A stretch of DNA of 64,000 bases, taken from NCBI GenBank assembly GCA_040289265.1, contig PSKW01000005.1, forward strand, positions 15,343-79,342, given 5' to 3'. How positions within the stretch are numbered: the stretch's first letter is position 1; every line of letters starts with the position of its first letter. A model generated the notes under the pieces. That model was not told where the DNA came from. It saw only the letters and a program-made list of their open reading frames with translations, and searched no databases. This stretch comes from Gemmataceae bacterium (GTDB lineage Bacteria; Planctomycetota; Planctomycetia; Gemmatales; HRBIN36). The translations under genes were made by a program, and so were the position numbers. This document shows positions 8,857-17,856 of this stretch, in pieces.

Positions 8857-10305
8857 ATGGCCCAGGAATTTTACAGCTTGGAAGAGGCAGCACGTCGCTT
8901 GGATATGTCGCCCCAGGAGCTGGCACAAAAGGCCCAGCGGCGCGAGATTCGCGCCTTTGCCGACCGCGGTACGTGGCGCTTCCGTGTCCAGGATATCGAA
9001 GAGCTGGCGCGGCAACGAGGTCTGGGCAGCGACCCCGGTTTGCAACCCGCCGATACGGGCGGGCAACAAGTCCCCGATGTATTTCCTTTCCCCTTGGAGC
9101 CAGGCGGCGAGGCGTTGGTCCACGAAGCTCCCAAAGCCCCGGGCAGCGATAGCGACGTCCGATTGGTCCCTGAAGGCAGCGGCGAAGTGCGGCTAGCTCC
9201 AGCCGAGTCGGCAGGTGCTTCTGCCCGGACCGCTCCCGATAGCGATAGCGATGTCAAGCTGGTGACCGAGCCGGGTGTGCCCGTCGTCCACAGCGAGTCG
9301 CAAAAGCCTGCCAGTGACAGCGACATCCGATTGGAAGAAGCAGGCAGCAAGCGTCCTGAAAGCGGTGTCCGCTTGGCCGACTCGGCATCCCCGCGCGCCT
9401 CCCTCGAAGAGACCGAGCTGCTGGCAGAAGTCAACCTCGGTGAGGAACTCGCCGAAGCGGAACGCTCCGGACTGGCCGGTGGCCCCAAAGCGGATCCGCG
9501 CAGCGGCTCCTCGGTCATTCCCGGTTCCAGTGCCACGGAGCAAATGAGCGGCGTAGCCGCCGGCACGTCCGATGCATCTAGCGATATATTCCAGGTCGGT
9601 AGTGCGATCATTCCCCCGGGGGCGGGCAGTGACAGCGACCTGGACCTGGAAGCCACGGCACAGATCGCGCCGGCGCCGGAGCAGAGCGGCATCAACCTCA
9701 CTCCGTCGAGCGATGCCGGTATTTCGCTGGAAGAAGAAGCGACCGAAGAAATAGACCTGGAGCAAGTGGGTGTCAAGCCCGGGGATACGCCTCAGCCCAG
9801 TGCCAAAGAGTCGCAGGAATCCAGCAGCGAATTCGAGTTGAAACTGGAAGACAGCAGTTTGCAGCCCGGCCTGCAGGAAGAGCCGCGGCTGGCTGATTCC
9901 GATATGGACACCGAAAGCTCCGATTTCGAGCTGGCCCTCGACGAAGCGCCCACCGAGGAAGAAACCGGCAGCGAAGTGGTCGTCGTGGACGAAGGCGCCG
10001 AAAGTCTGGAAGAGACCGCTTTGGTGGCAGAAGCGGGTGCGGCCGAGGAGGCCGAGGCGGCCATCGAAGAAGAGGAGCCGGTCATTTCCGTTGCCGCCGA
10101 GGAAGAAGCGTTGGCGGCCGCCGCTGCCGAGGGGCCTCCCGCCGAGTGGGGTGTCTTGCCTACGGTTTTCTTGGTGCCCACCGTCTTGGTCATGATGACC
10201 GTCGGCTTCCTGCTGTTCGAGATGTTGCGCAGTGTGCTGTATTACGATCACGCCGCCTTGAGCAGCGGTGTCGTTTCCGATACCATCCTGCGCTACCTCA
10301 AATAA
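8857..10305 (+). CDS. Membrane-anchored protein: N-terminal excisionase/MerR-type HTH, roughly 330-aa acidic low-complexity linker, C-terminal TM helix
   Basis: Inside ORF 8656..10305. Start chosen at ATG 8857 (MAQEFYSLEEAARRLDMSPQELAQKAQRREIRAFADRGTWRFRVQDIEELA) with GGGAG 10 nt upstream. The motif SDSD[VIL]xL recurs at least 4 times. The C-terminus LPTVFLVPTVLVMMTVGFLLFEML is hydrophobic. Confidence 0.7.
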   Translation: MAQEFYSLEEAARRLDMSPQELAQKAQRREIRAFADRGTWRFRVQDIEELARQRGLGSDPGLQPADTGGQQVPDVFPFPLEPGGEALVHEAPKAPGSDSDVRLVPEGSGEVRLAPAESAGASARTAPDSDSDVKLVTEPGVPVVHSESQKPASDSDIRLEEAGSKRPESGVRLADSASPRASLEETELLAEVNLGEELAEAERSGLAGGPKADPRSGSSVIPGSSATEQMSGVAAGTSDASSDIFQVGSAIIPPGAGSDSDLDLEATAQIAPAPEQSGINLTPSSDAGISLEEEATEEIDLEQVGVKPGDTPQPSAKESQESSSEFELKLEDSSLQPGLQEEPRLADSDMDTESSDFELALDEAPTEEETGSEVVVVDEGAESLEETALVAEAGAAEEAEAAIEEEEPVISVAAEEEALAAAAAEGPPAEWGVLPTVFLVPTVLVMMTVGFLLFEMLRSVLYYDHAALSSGVVSDTILRYLK

Positions 10306-10396
10306 AAGCCCGAACATACTGGAACGGGGATCGCGTCGGTCAACGACGGACCGGGTCGTGTGCGTATCGAGACGGGCTAAACAGGGGGTGTGAAGC

Positions 10397-10603
10397 ATGT
10401 CCGAGGCGGAGCGGCAGCAACAACGAGTGCGTGAGTTCCTCAGTCTTTTGCCCTTGACCTTGGAGCTTGCCGGACTGCCCCGTGCCGATGCCGGCCGCTA
10501 TTACACCGAAGACCAAATCGAGGCGCGAGCGATCACCATCCGGCACGCCTACAAGGTAGCACGCAAATTGATCATGGATGTGGCATCGGGCTCGACGGGA
10601 TGA
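10397..10603 (+). CDS. Small hypothetical protein (68 aa)
   Basis: ATG preceded by a GGGGG Shine-Dalgarno-like run. Codon third positions are GC-biased like neighbouring genes. I recognise no family. Confidence 0.45.
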   Translation: MSEAERQQQRVREFLSLLPLTLELAGLPRADAGRYYTEDQIEARAITIRHAYKVARKLIMDVASGSTG

Positions 10604-10659
10604 ACCTGCAACCGTGTCGGGCATGTCCTGTCCGGCGCGTCGGTTTCCGATCTGGCTCC

Positions 10660-11094
10660 TTAGGACGAGCGCATGAGCGCTATAGCTAGCGCTGTCGCAT
10701 AGGTGCGGCAGTGCGACATGCTCAAAAGCACATCGGCAATACGTTGCTTTTGCACGAACTCTTTCACCGTTCCGCGCACCAGCACCTGCGGTCGGCCCTG
10801 CGGGTCGTGACGGATTTCAATGTCGGTCCAGTTCATCCCCCGGCGCCAACCGGTGCCGAACGCTTTGACCACAGCTTCTTTGGCAGCCCATCTGGCAGCG
10901 AAATGCTCGGTGGCGCGGCGTCGTCCCTGACAATACAGGATCTCCCGCTCGGTATATACGCGTCGCAAAAACAGCTCGCCGTATCGCTCGATGAGCCGTC
11001 CTATGCGCACGCACTCGACGATGTCGGTGCCGATACCGAAAATCTCGAACATGCCAGCGGAACGGCTCGGTTGTTTGGCGTCTTTGCTAGCCAT
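10660..11094 (-). CDS. acpS: Holo-[acyl-carrier-protein] synthase
   Basis: Inside ORF 10660..11304(-). Start chosen at MASKDAKQ (AGGAG upstream). GIGTDIVECVRI and FAARWAAKEAVVKAFG are AcpS 4'-phosphopantetheinyl transferase motifs. Confidence 0.85.
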   Translation of the reverse strand: MASKDAKQPSRSAGMFEIFGIGTDIVECVRIGRLIERYGELFLRRVYTEREILYCQGRRRATEHFAARWAAKEAVVKAFGTGWRRGMNWTDIEIRHDPQGRPQVLVRGTVKEFVQKQRIADVLLSMSHCRTYATALAIALMRSS

Positions 11095-11203
11095 CTTGCC
11101 AACTCCTGTCGGTACGGGTCCTGACGAGTCCGGCCCGCAAGAGCAGCCTAGGAATCGGGACCCTGTTGGGCTACAATGCGCTACGGAATCGTAGTGGGGA
11201 GCG

Positions 11204-13423
11204 ATGCAGATGGATCTTCTGAGCGATCTGACCGCAGCGCAGCGCGAGGCAGTGACGTGCGGCGACGGCCCGGTCCTCGTGCTGGCCGGTGCCGGGAGTG
11301 GCAAGACGCGGGTGTTGACTCGGCGGGTAGCGTATCTGCTGGCTCAGGGGATATCGCCGCAGCGCATCGTGGCCATCACCTTTACCAACAAAGCCGCCGG
11401 GGAGATGCGGCAGCGTATCGAGGCCTTGGTGGGCCGAGCGCCGGTATGGGTCGGCACGTTTCACGCGCTGGCTGCGCGGTTGCTGCGCCAATGGGGCGAT
11501 GCCATCGGCCTTGAGCGCACTTTTACCATCTACGACCAGGACGATCGGCGGCACCTGATCCGCCGGGCTTTAGAGACGGCCGGCATAGACAGCGTTCACT
11601 ACACGCCGGAACGGGTCGAGGCAGCGATCAGCAGGGCCAAGAATCAGCTCGTCAGCCCGGAGGAGTACGCTGCGGCGGCCGGCGATTTCTTCGAGCAGAC
11701 CATTGCCCGGGTGTATCCGGTGTACGAGCGGCAGTTGCGCGCGGCCAACGCGCTGGATTTCGACGACTTGCTGTACTGGCTGGCCCTGATGCTGCGAAAA
11801 CGTCCGGACATCCGCGCCGAGCTGGACGACCGCTTTCGCTACATCCTGGTGGACGAGTATCAGGATACCAATTACGCGCAATACAGTATCGTGCGGCGGC
11901 TTTCGATGGATCATCCGCATCTATTCGTCGTCGGCGATCCGGACCAGTCCATTTATCGCTGGCGCGGCGCGGACCTGCGCAACATCCTCGAGTTCGAGCG
12001 GGACTATCCGAATGCGCGCGTCATCCGGTTGGAACACAATTTTCGCAGCACCCCCAGCATCCTGCGCGCGGCGTCGCACCTCATCGCCCATAACTATCGT
12101 CGCAAGCAGAAACAGCTGGTAACCAGCAATCCGGACGGTCCGCCGGTGCGGGTGTTGACCTTCGGCGACGGCGAGGAGGAAGCCCAGGGCATCGCCGCTA
12201 TGATCCGGGACATGGTGGCGCGCGGGGGCCGTCGCTACGGGGATATCGCCTTGTTCGTGCGCGTCAATGCCTTGTCGCGTGCCCTGGAGAGTGCCTTTGT
12301 GCGCTTGCAGATTCCGTACGAGATCGTCCGCGGGCTGGCCTTCTTCGAGCGCAAAGAAAACCGCGATATCCTGGCCTATTTGCGCGTGATCCACAATCCG
12401 CGCGACGACATGTCGTTCGTGCGTGCTTTGGGGACACCCCCGCGAGGTATCGGACGCGTGACCCTGGAGCATTTGCGGCTGTATGCAGAGCCGCGCGGGC
12501 TATCGCTCCTGGAAGCCGCTGTGCATGCCGACCGCATCGAAACTTTGCGCGGCAAAGCGGCACGAGCACTCAAAGATTTCGCCGCACTGGTCACGGCTTT
12601 GCGGCACCAGCTCGATCTCCCGGTCGGCCAACTCATCGCCGAAGTCCTCGACCGTTCCGGCTACCGGCACATGTTGCAGTCGAGCAACGATCCGCAAGAT
12701 CAAGAGCGTTTGGCCAATATCGAAGAATTGATCACTGCCGCGCATCGCTTCGTCGTAGAGACGGGACAGGCCGACCTGGCCTCCTTCCTGGAGCACATCG
12801 CACTGGCTAGTGACATAGACACCTACAGCGGCGCGTCCGACCGAGTACCGATCATGACGCTGCACGCTGCCAAGGGGCTAGAGTTTCCCGTAGTCTTCAT
12901 GGTGGCGATGGAACAAGGCCTGTTGCCTCACGAGCGCAGCCTGGACGACGAAGAAGAGCTCGAAGAAGAAAGACGCCTGGCTTTTGTGGGGATGACGCGG
13001 GCCCGCGAAGAGCTGTATTTGACGCACGCTCGCTGGCGCGAGTTCCGCGGCATGCCTCGGTTCGCCATGCCCAGCCAGTTTCTGCAGGAGTTGCCCGAAG
13101 AGGGTGTCCAGCGCATGTGTCTGGCCAGCGAGGATACCGTGCGCGCTACGGCAACCGACTCTGCTCCACAAACGGAGCTTGCCCGCAAGCCAGTCGCCGA
13201 TCGCTCGGCTCGGAGGAGCGAGGCACCCGATGATCGCTTTGCGCCGGGGCAGCCTGTTTTGCACCAGGTCTACGGGCGTGGCCTGGTCCTCGAAGTCAGC
13301 GGGTACGGCAAAATGCGCAAGATCAAAGTTCGTTTCGCACAGGGCGAGGATCGAACTTTCGTTTTGGACAAGGCTCCTTTGGTGCCTCTGGTCAACTTGG
13401 GCAAAAACTCAGACCAGCCCTAG
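11204..13423 (+). CDS. ATP-dependent DNA helicase, UvrD/PcrA family
   Basis: Walker A AGAGSGKTRVLTRR, motif II LVDEYQDTNYAQY, and further SF1 motifs (FRSTPSIL, MTLHAAKGLEFPVVF, LAFVGMTRARE). Has the C-terminal Tudor-like tail GQPVLHQVYGRGLVLEV. Confidence 0.92.
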   Translation: MQMDLLSDLTAAQREAVTCGDGPVLVLAGAGSGKTRVLTRRVAYLLAQGISPQRIVAITFTNKAAGEMRQRIEALVGRAPVWVGTFHALAARLLRQWGDAIGLERTFTIYDQDDRRHLIRRALETAGIDSVHYTPERVEAAISRAKNQLVSPEEYAAAAGDFFEQTIARVYPVYERQLRAANALDFDDLLYWLALMLRKRPDIRAELDDRFRYILVDEYQDTNYAQYSIVRRLSMDHPHLFVVGDPDQSIYRWRGADLRNILEFERDYPNARVIRLEHNFRSTPSILRAASHLIAHNYRRKQKQLVTSNPDGPPVRVLTFGDGEEEAQGIAAMIRDMVARGGRRYGDIALFVRVNALSRALESAFVRLQIPYEIVRGLAFFERKENRDILAYLRVIHNPRDDMSFVRALGTPPRGIGRVTLEHLRLYAEPRGLSLLEAAVHADRIETLRGKAARALKDFAALVTALRHQLDLPVGQLIAEVLDRSGYRHMLQSSNDPQDQERLANIEELITAAHRFVVETGQADLASFLEHIALASDIDTYSGASDRVPIMTLHAAKGLEFPVVFMVAMEQGLLPHERSLDDEEELEEERRLAFVGMTRAREELYLTHARWREFRGMPRFAMPSQFLQELPEEGVQRMCLASEDTVRATATDSAPQTELARKPVADRSARRSEAPDDRFAPGQPVLHQVYGRGLVLEVSGYGKMRKIKVRFAQGEDRTFVLDKAPLVPLVNLGKNSDQP

Positions 13424-13682
13424 CCAGCGATGACGAGCGGCAAGGGCCTAGGTGGCTTTTGCCAGCACACCACCAGGCATGAAGCACTACGGTAGCGGCA
13501 GTGAGGGGAGCAGCGTCGAGCCACGAGCCGTCGGCTGTGCGGGGCGGGCACGCGGGCAAACTGCTTGCGGCTCGGCACGGTGTCCGCCCAACCCCACACA
13601 AGCCAGTACCAGGAGTACCCGAAAATAAACGGGCGGCAGCAAAAGCCTTTGCGGCACAAACACCCCCATGGGAGAGACAGCG

Positions 13683-14519
13683 ATGGCCCGAGCAGAGTTC
13701 ATCTTGAGTGCTTTCGCAGACGAAATTGATCAAGATCCAGACGTGCAACTGGATGTCCTGGAGCGATGCGGCGTGCGTTATATCGAGCTACGCTCCGCCT
13801 GGGGCATCAATGTGTTGGATTGGACCGATGCGCAGGTACAGCAGCTGAAAAGGCTTTTCGATCGGCGGGGTTTGCGGGTAAGTGCCATCGGTTCACCGAT
13901 CGGCAAAGTCCTGATCACGGACGCCTGGGAACCGCATCTGCAACGCTTCCGGCGGGCCCTGGAACTGTGTCGTGTTTTCGAGGCCCCCAGAATCCGGATT
14001 TTCAGCTATTATTTGCCGCCAGGGCATAGCTGGGAAGCATTTCGGGAGGAGGTACTGCGCCGCATGCGCCGCAAAGTCGAGCTGGCGGAAGAGAACGGAG
14101 TATGGCTGTTGCACGAAAACGAGCATCGGATCTACGGGGAGGCTCCGGAGCGCGTGCTGGACCTGCTGACAACGGTCCATCATCCTCGCTTGCGGGCGGT
14201 CTTTGACGCCGCCAATTATGTCTACGGCGGATACGATCCCTGGCAGGCATGGCTCATGACCCGCGAGTGGACAGCCCATTTTCATATCAAAGATTGGGTG
14301 GCAGGAGAGCACCGGGGACGAAAGGCAGGGGACGGACAAGGGCGGTTGGCGGACGTCCTGGCTGACGCGGCCAGCCGCGGGTATCGCGGTTTTGCCACGC
14401 TGGAGCCTCATCTTTTAGGTGGGGGACCTACCGGTGGGGTGACCGGTCCGGAACTGTTTCCCGAAGCCGTAGCCGCTCTGCGGGCGATCTTGGACCGGCT
14501 CGGTGTGCCCTACCGCTAG
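13683..14519 (+). CDS. Sugar phosphate isomerase/epimerase (xylose isomerase-like TIM barrel)
   Basis: ORF 13668..14519. I prefer the second ATG at 13683 because GGGAGAG lies 6 nt upstream. The pattern YIELRSAW, RIFSYY, LLHENEH, FHIKDW and ATLEPH fits the AP-endonuclease-2/xylose-isomerase-like TIM fold. Confidence 0.75.
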   Translation: MARAEFILSAFADEIDQDPDVQLDVLERCGVRYIELRSAWGINVLDWTDAQVQQLKRLFDRRGLRVSAIGSPIGKVLITDAWEPHLQRFRRALELCRVFEAPRIRIFSYYLPPGHSWEAFREEVLRRMRRKVELAEENGVWLLHENEHRIYGEAPERVLDLLTTVHHPRLRAVFDAANYVYGGYDPWQAWLMTREWTAHFHIKDWVAGEHRGRKAGDGQGRLADVLADAASRGYRGFATLEPHLLGGGPTGGVTGPELFPEAVAALRAILDRLGVPYR

Positions 14520-14635
14520 TGTGCCGCTCGCCGATCGGATACTCGGACGTCAAGGTACACCAGCGGCAGAGCGACGCGGGTGTCGCTTCGCGCAGCCTGT
14601 TCTTCGCGGTCGCTGCTGTAGGTGTGGAGAGCACC

Positions 14636-16045
14636 ATGGTGCCGGAGTTGCAAATCGTCCACGTGCGGATCCAAAGCGAGGCCGGCGAGGAAGCGATCCC
14701 GGCGCGCATCCGGATCGCGACCCCGGACGGGCGCTACTGGCCGCCAGCGGGCTGCCCCGAGCATGTCCCGCCGCAAGCGGATGCCCGTTATGCCGGCAAT
14801 GTGCTTCTCCACGATCAGCCCTGGGCCTACCTCGGCGAGCAAAGGGAATTCGTCTTGCCGAGCGGGCCGCTGCATGTGCACATCAGTGCCGGGCCGGCCT
14901 ATGAACTATTCCAGGAAACCATCGTGCGCCAGCCAGGCCAGATCGCTTTGCGCTTCCGCTTGAAAAGGTGTGCCGAGCCGCTGGAGCCCGGCTGGTACGC
15001 CGGCGATGCCCATGTAAGCGATTGGCCTCTGGGAGCGGCGGCTTTGGAAGGAGCTGCCGAAGGATTGCATTTGGTCCACGTGCTGGTAGAGCAGGATCCG
15101 CGCAGCGGCGTCGCCAGTCAACTGGTGGATTTCAGCGCTCAACAGCCGGCACTGGTGCGCTTCGGCTGCCAGGTCTACGTGGCGACACGCAACTGCCATC
15201 CCTGGCTCGGCTGCCTGCATCTGCTCAATTGCCACCGGGTGGTGTTGCCATTGACTCTGCCCCGTCCGGGCTTCGAACGTTACACACTTTATGATTGGGC
15301 GCGTCAGTGCCACCGCAAGGGAGGGCTGGTAATTTGGCCCGAGTTCGATAAGGCCGGTGCCGAGCACCTGACCGATCTTTTGTTGGGGCAAGTAGATGCG
15401 GTGGAGTGGTCGGCGATGCACGCCTGGACAAGCGACACGCTATCGGCCTATTATCGGCTGCTGGGGCTGGGATTGGCTGTGCCGATCGTGGGCAGCAGTG
15501 GCAAGCGCACGGCAGATACACCCATAGGCGCAGTCCGCACGTATGCCTGGCTGGGGTCGGCTCCGTTTACTTATCGTGCCTGGATCGAAGCCATCCGGCG
15601 CGGCCAAAGTTATGCCTCCGCAGGACCACAACTGCATTGGACGGTCAACGATCACCCGCCTGGGGGGCATATATTGCCGGCGCCGGACCGAGTGCGCTTG
15701 ATGCTGCGCGTCCTGGGTGCGCCTGGGGGCCAAGTCGAAGTCGTCGGCAATGGCTCGGTATTGGCCAGCTACCCTGTGCCAGGAAGCTACGTTTTTTCGG
15801 CGCCGGTGACGACGCCTGGTTGGCTGGCTCTGCGTGTCTGGCAGGGAGGGCAGTTGATGGCCCATACCGCCCCTACTATCCTGGGCAAACCGCATAGGGA
15901 GCGCGAGGCTGTCGCTTGGGCGCTCGCCAACTTGGGCGACTTCGAAAAGCGCGTAACCGATGTGGGCACACCGGCAGCCGACGTCCTCGCACAGCGGATC
16001 CGGCAGGCGCGGACTCATCTGCTCGGTCGGTCCGGTCAGGCCTGA
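14636..16045 (+). CDS. Hypothetical protein (469 aa); possible degenerate CehA/McbA/PHP-like metallohydrolase fold behind an N-terminal beta-sandwich
   Basis: Inside ORF 14519..16045. ATG 14636 has GGAGAG upstream. The coding signal is clear, but the family assignment is weak and comes from memory of the GWYxGDxHVH-type motif, which here reads GWYAGDAHVSDW. Confidence 0.6.
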   Translation: MVPELQIVHVRIQSEAGEEAIPARIRIATPDGRYWPPAGCPEHVPPQADARYAGNVLLHDQPWAYLGEQREFVLPSGPLHVHISAGPAYELFQETIVRQPGQIALRFRLKRCAEPLEPGWYAGDAHVSDWPLGAAALEGAAEGLHLVHVLVEQDPRSGVASQLVDFSAQQPALVRFGCQVYVATRNCHPWLGCLHLLNCHRVVLPLTLPRPGFERYTLYDWARQCHRKGGLVIWPEFDKAGAEHLTDLLLGQVDAVEWSAMHAWTSDTLSAYYRLLGLGLAVPIVGSSGKRTADTPIGAVRTYAWLGSAPFTYRAWIEAIRRGQSYASAGPQLHWTVNDHPPGGHILPAPDRVRLMLRVLGAPGGQVEVVGNGSVLASYPVPGSYVFSAPVTTPGWLALRVWQGGQLMAHTAPTILGKPHREREAVAWALANLGDFEKRVTDVGTPAADVLAQRIRQARTHLLGRSGQA

Positions 16046-16311
16046 AGCAGCGGCCTGTGTAGTGGTAGCGACCGATTGCGACACACTCCATTAATCGCAC
16101 CGCTACCTCGCTTATGCCTGCGTGCGCCACCCTTTGGCATCAGTCCAGCCTCTAACTAGCCCCATCACGGCCTGTGCAAAAACCGTGGGTCCAGCCCAAA
16201 CTCTTGTCAACGCTGTTTCGTCTGGAAGGGTACCGGTCCGCAGTGGGCACCGCACCTCAGGCGCACGAAAAGGAAAATGCCAAAAGAGGCCATAGGTAGG
16301 AGGACACGATC

Positions 16312-17727
16312 ATGAAGAACAGATGGCGACTCGGCATGGCACTGCTCGCCAGCGCACTGGGCACGTTAGCTCTGTCCGCGTGGCTGTGGTCGGACGAGCC
16401 GAAGGAAACGACCACCTCGCAGTCTGTGGTACGCTTGACCACCGAGACTGTGCCCATGGTATTGGCCGTCGAACCCAAACCGCTCAGTGCGGCGGTACGC
16501 AAGGGCCTGCGCTATTTGGCCGACACGCAACGCCCGGACGGCGGCTGGGGACAGGGGGGAGGCTGGCGCACCAATCTCGCCAATTCCGGACGCATCGAGG
16601 GGAACAACGTACCCGATCCTTCCGATGTCGGCAACACGTGTTTCGCTCTGCTGGCATTATTCCGTGCCGGCAACACACCCGTGGCAGGGGAATATCGTGT
16701 CGCCGTACGCAAAGGACTCGAGTTCGTTCTGCACCATGTGGAACGAGCCGATCGCGACTCACTGCACATCACCGATGTTTTCGGCACGCAACTGCAGAGC
16801 AAGATCGGCCGCTATGTGGACACCTTTATGGCTAATCTGGTCCTGTCCGAAATGCGGGGGAAAGCCGGCGACTTGGAGCCACGCGTCGCCGCTGCTTTGG
16901 AAAAAACCATGAACAAGATCGTCCGGCATCAGACTCCCGAAGGGGGCTTTGTCGGCAACGACGGCTGGGCCTCCGTTCTGTCGGTGGCCATCGCCCACAA
17001 GGGGATCCTGCGCGCCCGCGAACAAGGCGTCCTGGTCAAGCAAGAGGTGCTCGAGCGCATCGTGCGGCAGAACCGCTTGGCGCTCGACGAGCGCTCGGCG
17101 CGGCCTACTCCGGGCGGACCTGACGGCCGCTTGGGCAGCGGACGTGTCCCTGCAGATCGTGCTTTCCCAGGCATGCCGTCCGACGCCGGCATCGCCTTGT
17201 ATCGGGTGGCTTCCGGTATCAACAATATGCAGGGTGTGGTCAATAGTCTGGCCCAAGAGGCTGCGGAAGCCCAGCGTGTCCTGGCCAGTGCTCAGGCGGG
17301 GGAGTCGGAGAAACGGGAGGCAGCTCGTAAACTCGACGAATTTCGCCGGGCGGCTGCGGAAAACGAGCGCTTCCAGGCCGATGTGCGCCGACGTCTCCAG
17401 GACCGCCGTTTCGTCGCCGGCTTCGGCAACAACGGCGGAGAGGAGTTCCTCAGCTTCTTGCAAATCAGCGAATCCCTGCTGTTCCGCGGCGGCAAAGATT
17501 GGGAAGAGTGGGATCGCCGCATAACCCAGGAGTTGGAAAAAGCGCAAAACCCCGACGGCAGCTGGCAGGGACAGCATTGCATTACCGGGCGCACGTTTTG
17601 CACCGCCGCGGCGCTTTTGGTCCTCATGGCCGATCGCACACCGTTCCCTGCCCAAGTCCTTCAGGCAGAGCGCGAACGTGCCAAGAAAGAAGCTCGGCCA
17701 TCCGTAAACGCTCCCCCGGAAAAGTAA
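16312..17727 (+). CDS. Secreted prenyltransferase/squalene-oxidase-repeat (alpha/alpha-toroid) protein
   Basis: Strong RBS (AGGTAGGAGGA). Signal peptide MKNRWRLGMALLASALGTLALSAW. Repeated QxxDGxW-type motifs: DTQRPDGGWGQ, RHQTPEGGFVG, KAQNPDGSWQG. Confidence 0.8.
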   Translation: MKNRWRLGMALLASALGTLALSAWLWSDEPKETTTSQSVVRLTTETVPMVLAVEPKPLSAAVRKGLRYLADTQRPDGGWGQGGGWRTNLANSGRIEGNNVPDPSDVGNTCFALLALFRAGNTPVAGEYRVAVRKGLEFVLHHVERADRDSLHITDVFGTQLQSKIGRYVDTFMANLVLSEMRGKAGDLEPRVAAALEKTMNKIVRHQTPEGGFVGNDGWASVLSVAIAHKGILRAREQGVLVKQEVLERIVRQNRLALDERSARPTPGGPDGRLGSGRVPADRAFPGMPSDAGIALYRVASGINNMQGVVNSLAQEAAEAQRVLASAQAGESEKREAARKLDEFRRAAAENERFQADVRRRLQDRRFVAGFGNNGGEEFLSFLQISESLLFRGGKDWEEWDRRITQELEKAQNPDGSWQGQHCITGRTFCTAAALLVLMADRTPFPAQVLQAERERAKKEARPSVNAPPEK

Positions 17728-17856
17728 GCCCGTCGCCTTGGCAGCCCGGTTGCAAGCGCCATGAGTGACTGGCGGGAGTGCAAACAGATATCGGCCCGGC
17801 GACCAGGCAGCTCACTCGGGCTCCGATGCTCTCGGTATGCGGGCATGCCTTGTGGG

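Noticed and set aside
9140-9680. Recurring GATAGCGA / AGTGACAGCGAC DNA segments considered as a repeat array or CRISPR-like structure.
   Set aside because: They are in frame within a clearly coding acidic region and encode the SDSD[VIL]xL peptide motif. The spacing is irregular and the units are short and imperfect. This is a protein-level repeat, not a DNA repeat element.
14519-14635. GTG start at 14519, which would add 39 aa (CRSPIGYSDVKVHQRQSDAGVASRSLFFAVAAVGVEST) to the 469-aa protein and overlap the upstream stop.
   Set aside because: The internal ATG 14636 has a good GGAGAG Shine-Dalgarno at proper spacing, and the extra residues look non-protein-like. The longer form cannot be excluded without experimental data.
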